Positions 8,856 to 17,805 are shown, counted from the stretch's first letter. The stretch: 32,000 nt of DNA from Promethearchaeota archaeon (GCA_048938295.1 JBHLMI010000001.1:149449-181448), one strand, 5' to 3'. Numbers and translations are program-made. The notes: generated by a model from the letters alone, not told the origin.

Positions 8856-10121
8856 ATGACCAAATGGTTGCGTGAATGGGGAACACCACCCAAACGAAAA
8901 GTCCGACCCTATTGGCAGTTCCCCCATCTTATTTTACGGCAGGCTCTGAGCGCATTTTATGTGGGTGCTCTATCACGGTGGACACGACTCCCCCGCTGGT
9001 TCCTGAAATATGGTTTGAAATGTCTTCCGGGGGCAGCAGGATCGCGTGGCATGGGGTGCATTGGTTTTCCTGCCCATCCAGTTTGGGAGATAACTACAGC
9101 CTGTAACCTGCATTGTATCCATTGTCACACCTCAGGTGGAAAACCTGCCAAAGATGAACTCACTACAACTGAGGGTAAACAATTGCTCAATCAGCTCGCT
9201 AATGTAAAGGAGTTCCATATGATGGCCTTCACCGGAGGTGAACCCCTCCTTCGCTCTGACCTCTATGAATTACTCGCTTATTCCCAGGCCCTCGGATTCA
9301 CTAATACGATTGCTACCAACGCTACCCTCGTTGACACGGACGTAGCGAAACGTCTTCGAAGTCTGGGTATTGTTATTGCCGCGGTTAGTCTTGATGGGTT
9401 TGACGCAAAAACGCATGATATGGTCCGTGGGCAGCCAGGATGCTTTGAGGATACATTACGAGGTATTCGAGCACTTCATCAAGCTGGCATACTCCTCCAC
9501 ATCAACATCACTGCCATGAACTATAATATGGATCAAATGAAGCCCCTCATGAATCTCATAGAACAAGTCGGAACCGGGATACTTCTCATGTACCAACTCG
9601 TCCCCCTTGGTCGGGGGCGGGCAATCCAAAATGCTGCACTTGATTTAGGGGCAAATGAGCGGCTGATCCGATTTATGGCTAAAGCTCAAGCTCGTACGAA
9701 TGCTATCATGGAACCAGTCGCTGGGCCACAATACTGGCCTTTCCTCTTACAACAAAATGGCATCCACAGTGGACCTCTTCTACGGCTGGCAGAAACAGTC
9801 TTCCATGGCTGCTCAGCTGGACGCGGATTTGTTTACATTAAACCCAATGGAGAAGTGTGGCCGTGCCCATTCATCGAAATCTCCTGCGGAAATATTCGCT
9901 CCTTATCCTTCTCGAAGATTTGGCAAAAGGCTCCAATATTTCTCGAGTTACGTGATCGCGAGAATCGATTAAAGGGTCAATGTGGTAAATGTGAATACCG
10001 AAGGCTCTGCGGTGGATGCCGTGGACGGTCTTGGGCCGTGACTGGTGATCACCTTGCAGAAGATCCTTCCTGCTTTATTCATCCGCCCAAAGAGGTGAAG
10101 GGCTCAGCCATATCGCGATGA
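8856..10121 (+). CDS. Radical SAM protein with SPASM domain (NirJ/AhbC/AhbD/PqqE-like)
   Basis: CNLHCIHC triad, FTGGEPLLR, VSLDG. SPASM cysteines CSAG, WPCPF, CGKCEYRRLCGGCRGR, DPSC. Confidence 0.92.
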   Translation: MTKWLREWGTPPKRKVRPYWQFPHLILRQALSAFYVGALSRWTRLPRWFLKYGLKCLPGAAGSRGMGCIGFPAHPVWEITTACNLHCIHCHTSGGKPAKDELTTTEGKQLLNQLANVKEFHMMAFTGGEPLLRSDLYELLAYSQALGFTNTIATNATLVDTDVAKRLRSLGIVIAAVSLDGFDAKTHDMVRGQPGCFEDTLRGIRALHQAGILLHINITAMNYNMDQMKPLMNLIEQVGTGILLMYQLVPLGRGRAIQNAALDLGANERLIRFMAKAQARTNAIMEPVAGPQYWPFLLQQNGIHSGPLLRLAETVFHGCSAGRGFVYIKPNGEVWPCPFIEISCGNIRSLSFSKIWQKAPIFLELRDRENRLKGQCGKCEYRRLCGGCRGRSWAVTGDHLAEDPSCFIHPPKEVKGSAISR

Positions 10122-10127
10122 GCCTGA

Positions 10128-10430
10128 TTAAGGGGTTTCGCGCTTTTCAAGAACGCCTGCACGTCGCAGCTCAAATACCACGATGTTGTGGGGATCAGGA
10201 CAGGCTACATACCCCCGATTAGAATCAGGTTCCCAAGGGATTGTTCCATCGAATTCAAGAATCGTAATGAAGGGGAACATAGCATTATACGCCCAGCGAC
10301 AAATTTTCTCCTTTTCTTCAGGTTTTGAGAGATCGAACTCATCTCCAACCTTATACAGACGGCAAGGGCTTTTTCCTTCCTCTGCCCGTGTCTCATGAAC
10401 CCGTGCGACAATTCGGTATACCTTTGACAT
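10128..10430 (-). CDS. TIGR04076-family small Cys protein
   Basis: Pattern C-x4-VGDEF...ICRWAYNAMFP...ACPDP...VVFELRR matches the family as I recall it. ATG at 10430 (ORF open from 10439). Confidence 0.7.
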   Translation of the reverse strand: MSKVYRIVARVHETRAEEGKSPCRLYKVGDEFDLSKPEEKEKICRWAYNAMFPFITILEFDGTIPWEPDSNRGYVACPDPHNIVVFELRRAGVLEKRETP

Positions 10431-10500
10431 GAAAATCACGCTCGTAATGAGTTCATAAGCTTGTTACCATTTTTAACCTTAGGTCACATTCAAAAGTTTC

Positions 10501-11235
10501 CTAACCAGTCCGTGTAATGAGGGCGTCGCGGTTGAACAATCGGACAGCGACACGGAACAGAATGAAGTCAACAATCAGAATGATGGCAGACCCAATACCG
10601 AAGATGAACCAGCCTAGCCCTAAAAGGAACCCAGAATAGGCAAACAACATGGCAGGAAGAATCAGAACGCCACCCGTCTGATAGGCTTCATACACAGTGT
10701 TTGCTCTACCAGAGATAATGACCATAAGCCCAACAGCAAGAATCGCAAATAGGATTGGGAGAATAATTGCTTGAACAAGTGAGAGCAAATCAGGCCAGAC
10801 CCAGAGAAGCGGCGGAGCCATGAAGAAGACAACTCCATTCACAACCACGACTGCAAGTACAAGGTTTCCATAAGCAACAAGTAGCCCCGGAATCAAAGCA
10901 GTTAAGAATTTTCCAAGGAGTAACTCGCCATCAGTAAGCGGTGTAGCTAACAATGGAACCAATGTATGTCGCTCCTTCTCTCCCACAATTGAATCTGCGG
11001 CGATTAGAATCGGCAACATCAGGGGGAGCATTATCACTACTACGCCCATAATCGAACCTAATGTCATAGAAAAGAGAGCTGCATCGAATACTCCGAAGGA
11101 CAACATCAGCCAGGTCATAATCCCTCCAAAAGCTACACACATAATAACGACCATAATCGGGATCATACGAACTTGTCGGCTCTTGAAGACCATTCGCATC
11201 TCGGTTCGCGCCATAAACCATGCTTTCTGCCACAT
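10501..11235 (-). CDS. ABC-2 type transporter permease
   Basis: About six TM helices, motif AADSIVGEKERHTLVPLLATPLTDGELLLGK. SD GGAGG upstream of ATG 11235. Confidence 0.9.
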   Translation of the reverse strand: MWQKAWFMARTEMRMVFKSRQVRMIPIMVVIMCVAFGGIMTWLMLSFGVFDAALFSMTLGSIMGVVVIMLPLMLPILIAADSIVGEKERHTLVPLLATPLTDGELLLGKFLTALIPGLLVAYGNLVLAVVVVNGVVFFMAPPLLWVWPDLLSLVQAIILPILFAILAVGLMVIISGRANTVYEAYQTGGVLILPAMLFAYSGFLLGLGWFIFGIGSAIILIVDFILFRVAVRLFNRDALITRTG

Positions 11236-11236
11236 C

Positions 11237-12178
11237 TTAGTCCCCTCCAATCACCTTTTGATATATAGCATCAAGGTCTGGTACATGTTCTCGCAGTTCA
11301 ATTATATTCATTCCAGACTCTACGAGGGCTCGGACAATCTGGGGGTTCTTAGTCTCTGCATCTTCAAGTTCGAAAACAATGCGGTTCCCTTCAATCTTCA
11401 CTGATTTGACCAGATCTGTGGAAGTAATAATTTCAACAGGTTTTTGCAAATTAGAATCAGTAAGCTGCATTTCGTAGGTGCGTACAGTCCAGAATTTGCG
11501 GCGCAACTCCTTTGGACGCCCGACTTCCACCAATTTTCCTTTTGAAATGAATCCAACACGGTCACAAAGGGCTTCAACTTCAGAAAGTAAATGGGTACAA
11601 AGAAAGAATGTTTGTTTTCCTCCTCCAGCCTGAGTATCGATAAACTCACGCACTCTCTTGGACATGATTGGATCCAGACTGGATGTTGGCTCATCAAGAA
11701 ATACCACTTGGGGATTATGGATCATTGACCGGGCAATAGATAGTTTCTGCTTAAGCCCTGTTGAGTAGGTTGCCGGAGAATCATCTTTGCGATCAGTAAG
11801 TTCTAGGAACTCTAACAGTTCCTCAATTCGGTTCTCAAGAGTCTCTTTTGGTACATCATAGAGTTGACCAAAGTATTCCAAGTTCTTGTAGGCTGATAAT
11901 CGGTCATAATGGGTTGTTGCTCCATCTTCAGGGAGAAGCCCAGTAACTGACCGTACCTCAACCGGTTGTTCTAGGACATCGTATCCTTCAATCACAATCG
12001 AACCTTTGCTGGGTACTAACAAAGTCGCAGCGATTTTCACTGTCGTTGATTTACCGGCAGCGTTTGGTCCAAGAAATCCGAACACTTCACCGCGTCGAAC
12101 ATCCAAAGAGACATTGTTAACTGCCGTGATCTTCGCAAACTGTTTGGTCAGGTTTACCATTTCAATCGAAGTAGTCAA
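11237..12178 (-). CDS. ABC-2 (CcmA/NodI/multidrug type) ATP-binding protein
   Basis: Walker A GPNAAGKST, signature YSTGLKQKL, Walker B VVFLDEPTSSLDP, FLCTH. C-terminal DUF4162-like extension ending in DLDAIY. Confidence 0.9.
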   Translation of the reverse strand: MTTSIEMVNLTKQFAKITAVNNVSLDVRRGEVFGFLGPNAAGKSTTVKIAATLLVPSKGSIVIEGYDVLEQPVEVRSVTGLLPEDGATTHYDRLSAYKNLEYFGQLYDVPKETLENRIEELLEFLELTDRKDDSPATYSTGLKQKLSIARSMIHNPQVVFLDEPTSSLDPIMSKRVREFIDTQAGGGKQTFFLCTHLLSEVEALCDRVGFISKGKLVEVGRPKELRRKFWTVRTYEMQLTDSNLQKPVEIITSTDLVKSVKIEGNRIVFELEDAETKNPQIVRALVESGMNIIELREHVPDLDAIYQKVIGGD

Positions 12179-12334
12179 GGAAATAACCTCGTAGTGGGAC
12201 AGAATGTCTTAATTCATTAAAAGAGATTTTGGTAGTTACTGAAATTAGGACTTAGCCTTCATTGGTAATCCTTGGTTGGGTGCGAAAGCTTAAGGCAAAA
12301 GTCGATAGATAACCATCAAATTTGGTGGCTTCAA

Positions 12335-13555
12335 ATGAGTACGCCTTTAACTTATGACGCTCTCATTGCTGTTCGACAAGAAATAGTTCAAGAACTCATT
12401 GCAACTAAACATGGACTTATTGGCTACATTTACCCACACGCACCGCTTGAACTCTTCTTAGCACATGAGTTCACACCCACACTGCTATGGGCTGAACCGA
12501 AGATGCCCAGTGCCTACGAGGTGAGTCTGCAAACATTCTGTTGTGCTTACTCACGAAATCTCTTCAGTCAACGATCCAAAGAACATCTACCGCCCCTAAA
12601 AGCCATCTTATTCCCAGGCGGTACATGTGACTCGCTTCAAAATCTGGGTGATGTCTGGCGCGCCCGTTTTCCAGGCGACACGGTCCTACGATTAACCTAT
12701 CCTGTGGCAAACGATGATATGGCAGTTACCTATCTCGCAGAGGAGCTCCAAGACTTGAGTAACCACCTAGAAGTTAGCTTGGGCAAGCGGTTTGTTATGG
12801 AAAGCTATCAAAAAGCCGTTGCACTCATCGCTGAATTCAAGGCAGCCGCCCAATTCATTGCTGTAGCACGCATCATTCAGCCCTCTATCTACCCATACCT
12901 TGAATACGCTAGACTCATTCGGAAATTTCTTACGGCACCTACCCTAAATACGCTTACAGAAATCGAAAGTGTTGCCACCCAACTGCAAAACGAGCTTCGC
13001 AAAGAGCAACGTCTCCCAACAATTGAAGCTCTTCGCCATGGTCTGTTAGCGGGTCATATTCCTGACCAAATAGACATCCAATCAACAGATGAGCCTCGTA
13101 TTATGATAATAGGAGGAATGGTCGATCCTGAAGGTATTGCATTCCACTTCAACAATGCCAAAGCCAACGCCGATCTCGAAGACCTTGAGATTGCCTTTGA
13201 TCTGTTATCCTTTACTTATCGGACCACTTTCACCAAGGCGCCTAACCTTCAAGGTGATCCTTTTACGGAAATGGCTCAAAGTATCCTTAGTGCGCCTGCA
13301 GAACCCACGCAAGAGGGCTTACCCTCTCGATTGGCTTTTCTTCGAAGGGTATTCGAAAAACTGAAGATTGACGGATTAATTATCTGTGAGCAATCTTTCT
13401 GTGATCCAGATCAATTCGAAGTTCCTGATACTCTAAAAATTGCAGAACAAAATAAAGTACTCTCTGTCCGAGTCCCTCTAGATCCAGAATTTTCTGACCG
13501 TGTGCGATTAGAAGGACGCATACAAAGCTTTCTTGAAACCCTCACGGCAAGATGA
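12335..13555 (+). CDS. 2-hydroxyacyl-CoA dehydratase beta-type subunit (HgdB/HadC/FldC family), divergent
   Basis: Three candidate [4Fe-4S] ligands in family contexts (TFCCAYSR, GGTCDSL, FCDPDQFE). C-terminal RIQSFLETL. Upstream SD-like GGTGG. Confidence 0.75.
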   Translation: MSTPLTYDALIAVRQEIVQELIATKHGLIGYIYPHAPLELFLAHEFTPTLLWAEPKMPSAYEVSLQTFCCAYSRNLFSQRSKEHLPPLKAILFPGGTCDSLQNLGDVWRARFPGDTVLRLTYPVANDDMAVTYLAEELQDLSNHLEVSLGKRFVMESYQKAVALIAEFKAAAQFIAVARIIQPSIYPYLEYARLIRKFLTAPTLNTLTEIESVATQLQNELRKEQRLPTIEALRHGLLAGHIPDQIDIQSTDEPRIMIIGGMVDPEGIAFHFNNAKANADLEDLEIAFDLLSFTYRTTFTKAPNLQGDPFTEMAQSILSAPAEPTQEGLPSRLAFLRRVFEKLKIDGLIICEQSFCDPDQFEVPDTLKIAEQNKVLSVRVPLDPEFSDRVRLEGRIQSFLETLTAR

Positions 13556-13574
13556 CACTGAAAGGTGAAAGATA

Positions 13575-14801
13575 ATGGCTCAAAACGCAACCACCGCTCA
13601 CAAAGAAAAGGCTTACAGGAAACTGAACAGCAGCAAGCTCCTACGCGACACCATGACACTGCATATTTTGAGTACTAAACAGGCGTCACAGCAGGGACGG
13701 TTGGCTTGGCTGACATCAGGTTTCCCCGTTGAGATTCCCGTGGCATTCGATGTAACAGCCGCATATCCCGAGCAGTATGGAGCTATTGTTGGGTCAGAAA
13801 AATGTGGCCCACTACTCTGTGGCTTTGCTGAAGAACTGGGGTTCTCTCAGGAGCTGTGTTCCTATGCTCGGAGTAGTATTGGTTCTGTTAAGAATCCTCA
13901 GCAAAGCCCCCTTACTGGCCTTCCCACGCCCCAAGCACTCTTGGCTTGCAATAACATCTGTGGCACCGTTCTTCCCTGGTATGAAGCCATCTCAGAAATG
14001 ACAGGAGCACCAGTCTATCTCGTCGATATACCACCCTTGGAAGGAGAGCAACCATCACACCACCTTGCTTATGTGAAATCCAACCTCGAGGGCCTTATAG
14101 CATTCCTGAGTCAAACATTCAACCAAGAATACGATGAAAAGAAACTCATTCAAGTTGCCGAACTGTCCAACGAAGCAGTGTCTCTCTGGACTCGTGCGCT
14201 AAAGGCTTGTCGCCACAAACCCACCCCCCTCAACTGCGCAGACCGGTTCATATCCATGGCTCCTATTGTTGCTCTGCGTGGAACACAACCGGCGATTAGT
14301 TTCTATCAGGCTTTTCTGGCAGAGGTTCAAGATCGGGTGAAAAATAATGTAGGCGCTATCGTCGATGAGAAAGTCCGACTACTATGGGATAATATTCCCC
14401 CATGGTTCACCATCTACAACTTCTTCAATACCTTAGCTAAGAAAGGTGTGTCCTTCCCAGCGGATTCGTACACTCATGCTTGGTCTGCGAACATCCCACG
14501 AGGAGAACTTCTGGAAAGCATTGCGAAGGTCTATTCAAACGTCTACCTCAACAAGGGACTCCCAGCCAAAATCAACAAAATGTGTTCACTCATCAAAGAT
14601 TATGACCTAGAAGGATTTGTATTGTTCTCTGTCCGCTCCTGTAAGCGGTATTCCCTAGGACAAATGATAACCAAAGAAGAAATCACCCGTCGAACCGGGG
14701 TTCCTGGTGTCATCATCGAAGGCGATATGGTCGACAGCCAACAATACAGTGAAGCACAAGTAGAGACTCGTATCGAAGCCCTTCTCGAAATGATTGTATG
14801 A
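13575..14801 (+). CDS. 2-hydroxyacyl-CoA dehydratase alpha-type subunit (HgdA/HadB/FldB family)
   Basis: WLTSGFPVE, YPEQYGA, ELCSYAR, CNNICG, RSCK, EGDMVD...QVETRIEALLE closely follow HadB/HgdA motifs. SD AAGGTGA. Confidence 0.85.
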   Translation: MAQNATTAHKEKAYRKLNSSKLLRDTMTLHILSTKQASQQGRLAWLTSGFPVEIPVAFDVTAAYPEQYGAIVGSEKCGPLLCGFAEELGFSQELCSYARSSIGSVKNPQQSPLTGLPTPQALLACNNICGTVLPWYEAISEMTGAPVYLVDIPPLEGEQPSHHLAYVKSNLEGLIAFLSQTFNQEYDEKKLIQVAELSNEAVSLWTRALKACRHKPTPLNCADRFISMAPIVALRGTQPAISFYQAFLAEVQDRVKNNVGAIVDEKVRLLWDNIPPWFTIYNFFNTLAKKGVSFPADSYTHAWSANIPRGELLESIAKVYSNVYLNKGLPAKINKMCSLIKDYDLEGFVLFSVRSCKRYSLGQMITKEEITRRTGVPGVIIEGDMVDSQQYSEAQVETRIEALLEMIV

Positions 14802-14813
14802 GAGCCGATAACC

Positions 14814-15602
14814 GTGGCTAACAAATCAACTTTGGGCATAGGTATAGATGTAGGTTCCACTACCACGAAAGCTGTGTTACTCGACACCAAGCGTAACGTT
14901 GTTGCCCAATATCTGCTCGCCACAGGGGCCTCAGCCCAGAAATCTGTACAAAAATGCCTAGATGAACTGAGAAAAAGCTCTCAGCAAGACCTCATGGACG
15001 TTCCTGCCATTAGTACAGGATATGGTCGCCGTCAAGCTCTCAATGCCATAAAATCTGTCACCGAAATCACCTGTCACAGCGTTGGGGTTCACAACCTCAA
15101 TCCCGAAATCCGTACCCTCATCGATATCGGTGGACAAGATTCCAAAGTAATACGTATCGGCACCGATGGACGGCCCCTTGATTTCGAACTTAACGACAAA
15201 TGTAGTGCAGGGACTGGACGATTCTTAGAAGTAATGGCACGGGTCCTTGAGGTTTCAATCAACGAATTAGGATCTCTTTCTTTGAAAGCCAAGCGCCCTT
15301 CGGCAATCAGCAGCACATGCACTGTCTTTGCTGAAAGCGAAGTAATTGGGCGTATCGGAACTGGAGAAAGTCCTTCAGATATTGCTGCGGGTGTTCATAA
15401 AGCAATGGCGTCAAAAATCGCCACTCTCTCTCAACGAGTCGGAGTCAAATCACCAGTCTCTGTGACTGGCGGAGTTGCGCTAAATCCTGGTTTTCTATAT
15501 TATCTGGCCCAGGCAATCCAAACAGAACTCTGGGTACCAAAGGAACCCCAATACACCGGTGCCTTGGGTGCAGCAATTCTAGCTTTGGAAGGCGGTGAAT
15601 GA
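14814..15602 (+). CDS. Acyl-CoA dehydratase activase (HgdC/HadI/BadF-BcrA family ASKHA ATPase)
   Basis: GIDVGSTTTK, TGYGR, EITCH, DIGGQDSK, NDKCSAGTGRFLE, ISSTCTVFAESE, GGVALN, GALGAA. Confidence 0.93.
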   Translation: MANKSTLGIGIDVGSTTTKAVLLDTKRNVVAQYLLATGASAQKSVQKCLDELRKSSQQDLMDVPAISTGYGRRQALNAIKSVTEITCHSVGVHNLNPEIRTLIDIGGQDSKVIRIGTDGRPLDFELNDKCSAGTGRFLEVMARVLEVSINELGSLSLKAKRPSAISSTCTVFAESEVIGRIGTGESPSDIAAGVHKAMASKIATLSQRVGVKSPVSVTGGVALNPGFLYYLAQAIQTELWVPKEPQYTGALGAAILALEGGE

Positions 15603-15656
15603 GTAACAGTTATGGCATAAAGATGCCCACCAAAGAAAGACTGGAGATGAGAATGT

Positions 15657-16178
15657 ATGCCAATCATCCCCTACCAAGGTAAGAAACCGACAATTGCAGC
15701 AGATGTATACATTTCCCCACGTGCAACAGTCATTGGGGCGGCTACCATTGGGGCTCGAAGTAACGTGTGGGAGCACGCAGTAATTCGTGCCGATTATAAC
15801 ACCATTGCAATAGGAACTGATTCTAGTATCCAAGACAACAGCACCGTTCACGCTGATGTTCGATTCCCCACCAAAATTGGGAACTGCGTAATCCTTGGGC
15901 ACAACGCAGTTGCCCATGGATGTACCATTGATGATAACGTCCTAGTCGGGATAAGTGCTGTGATTCTAAATGGTGCACATGTCGGACATCACACAATCAT
16001 TGGGGCGGGAAGCGTGATCACACCTGGGAAGCAGATTCCGCCCGAAAGTGTGGTATTTGGCATTCCAGGAAAAGTTGTCCGGTCTCTAACTCCTAACGAT
16101 CGTACAGAACTTGCAACGAATTGGCAAATCTATGTCGAGCTTGGCCGCCGATACCTCAAAGAGGTAAACAAACTCTAA
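15657..16178 (+). CDS. Gamma carbonic anhydrase-like hexapeptide-repeat protein (YrdA/CaiE/PaaY family)
   Basis: AVIRADYNTIAIG, SIQDNSTVH, ILGHNAVAHGC with the three metal-binding His, left-handed beta-helix repeats. Confidence 0.92.
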   Translation: MPIIPYQGKKPTIAADVYISPRATVIGAATIGARSNVWEHAVIRADYNTIAIGTDSSIQDNSTVHADVRFPTKIGNCVILGHNAVAHGCTIDDNVLVGISAVILNGAHVGHHTIIGAGSVITPGKQIPPESVVFGIPGKVVRSLTPNDRTELATNWQIYVELGRRYLKEVNKL

Positions 16179-16272
16179 CGCCTAAATCAGGTTCTCCAAA
16201 CAGAGGGATGAAAATAAGAAATGTGTGCAAAAGAACAAAATTATTTAATAATGGTAAGATAATCTGCCTTCA

Positions 16273-16293
16273 ACGTGTTGCACTCCAACACGT
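16273..16293. promoter_or_regulatory. Inverted repeat (ACGTGTTG-N5-CAACACGT) between an AT-rich TATA-like box and the fbp start; candidate operator
   Basis: Perfect 8-bp arms seen directly. TTATTTAATA lies at 16241-16250. Function is inferred. Confidence 0.4.
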
Positions 16294-16323
16294 GAATAAA
16301 GGAGTATAACACAGGTGGTACCT

Positions 16324-17424
16324 GTGAAAATCACTATCACCGTAATTAAAGCCGATATTGGTAGTATTGGTGGTCACATCAGAACCTGTGATGTGACAAC
16401 TGATGTCATCTGTCAAAGTATCGACGAAGCCCATCAATCCGGGCTCATCATTGACTACAAAATCTGGAATGCAGGTGATGATAGCGAGATCCTGATGACC
16501 CACACCCGTGGAGTTGACGACGAAGAAATCCACAAAACCGCATTCGATGCCCTCATGAAAGGAGCACAAGATGCGAAGGAACGTGGACTTTACGGAGCCG
16601 GACAGGACATCCTGAAGGAAGCCTTCAGTGGCAATGTCCGCGGAATGGGCCCCGGCGTCGCAGAAATGGAATTTGAAGAACGCCCCGCTGAACCTTTTGT
16701 AGTTTTTACAGCGGATAAAACCGCCCCAGGTGCCTTCAACTATCCAATCTACCGTGTCTTCGGGGATCCTTTCAACACAGCCGGACTCATTATCGACCCA
16801 AAGATGCATGATGGATTCATCTTTGAAGTCTTCGACATCAAAAACAACAAAATGGTAAAACTCGAAACCCCAGCTGAAACCTACGATCTCCTAGCCCTAA
16901 TTGGGTCAACAGAAGACTATGTTATCAAACGCGTCTATTCAAAGGACGAAAAACGGGGTATTGGGGCAGTCATATCCACTGAGAAACTATACGCAATTGC
17001 AGGAAAATACATTGGAAAAGATGATCCTGCTGCCATTGTGCGAGCTCAAAGTGGATTTCCTGCAACGGGCGAAGTTCTCGAAGGCTTCGCACTTGGCCAT
17101 CTCGTAACCGGATGGATGCGCGGAAGCCACAACGGACCACTAATGCCTGTTCCTCTCTATCACTCACAATGCACACGGTTTGACGGCCCTCCACGCATCA
17201 CCGGATTAGCCTTTAGCATGAAAGAAGGGAAGCTGACTGAACCTATAGATGTCTTCGATGACCCTGCCTGGGATTTGACACGAGACCAGTGCATGTATGT
17301 TGCAGATTATCTACGACGTCACGGACCCTTCGAACCTCATCGTCTGCCTCCAACATCCATGGAATACACCACGCTTCCTGATGTCTTAAACAAACTCAAA
17401 GGTCGATTCAAGTCTGTCAAATAA
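16324..17424 (+). CDS. fbp: Fructose-1,6-bisphosphate aldolase/phosphatase (class V FBPase)
   Basis: KITITVIKADIGSIGGH, GLYGAGQDIL, NVRGMGPG, ADKTAPGAFN, DPFNTAGL, YIGKDDP, GWMRGSHNGP, MEYTTLP. GTG 16324 preferred over 16315 by family N-terminus. Confidence 0.97.
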   Translation: MKITITVIKADIGSIGGHIRTCDVTTDVICQSIDEAHQSGLIIDYKIWNAGDDSEILMTHTRGVDDEEIHKTAFDALMKGAQDAKERGLYGAGQDILKEAFSGNVRGMGPGVAEMEFEERPAEPFVVFTADKTAPGAFNYPIYRVFGDPFNTAGLIIDPKMHDGFIFEVFDIKNNKMVKLETPAETYDLLALIGSTEDYVIKRVYSKDEKRGIGAVISTEKLYAIAGKYIGKDDPAAIVRAQSGFPATGEVLEGFALGHLVTGWMRGSHNGPLMPVPLYHSQCTRFDGPPRITGLAFSMKEGKLTEPIDVFDDPAWDLTRDQCMYVADYLRRHGPFEPHRLPPTSMEYTTLPDVLNKLKGRFKSVK

Positions 17425-17596
17425 GCACACATGTTCTTATTTGATCTACAACTGACGAAACTACCTATACGGGTAGAAAATCGTCACAAATACACTCCTC
17501 CCTATACTTAGGAATGAGTAAACTAAGACTTGAAGGCTATCCGGCAATAATAAGTCGCCACATTCGATACTCATCACGGTATAAGATAAAAGGGAC

Positions 17597-17672
17597 TGGC
17601 GGGCCCGCAGGGATTTGAACCCCGGATCTACAGGTCCGAAGCCTGTCGCCGTATCCACTTGGCCACGGGCCC
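17597..17672 (-). tRNA. tRNA-Arg (anticodon UCG), 76 nt, CCA encoded, no intron
   Basis: Reverse complement GGGCCCG TG GCC AAGTGGATAC GGC G ACAGG CT-TCG-GA CCTGT AGATC CGGGG TTCAAAT CCCTG CGGGCCC G CCA folds into a full cloverleaf. Confidence 0.97.
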
Positions 17673-17805
17673 CCAATAGATTTAGGCGAGTTACGGCGCG
17701 ACCTATTTTAATCATTTCGTTCTTTTTTTTGGAAGGTTGCTTTTCCCAGGATACGACGAAAGAGAAAAAAGGCTGGCTCCGCGTACTCTCAGTAGGATTC
17801 GGATA

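Noticed and set aside
8856-10121. Tetraether lipid enzymes (Tes, GrsAB) or a RiPP maturase with precursor
   Set aside because: It lacks the Tes-type N-terminal Cys motif and a B12-binding domain. No RRE domain or convincing precursor peptide ORF is nearby.
12335-15602. Benzoyl-CoA reductase (Bcr/Bzd) assignment
   Set aside because: Alpha-subunit motifs (WLTSGFPVE, CNNIC, RSCK) match HadB/HgdA better than BzdO/BcrB as I recall them, there is only one activase, and no aromatic-degradation genes are nearby. It is not fully excluded without a tree.
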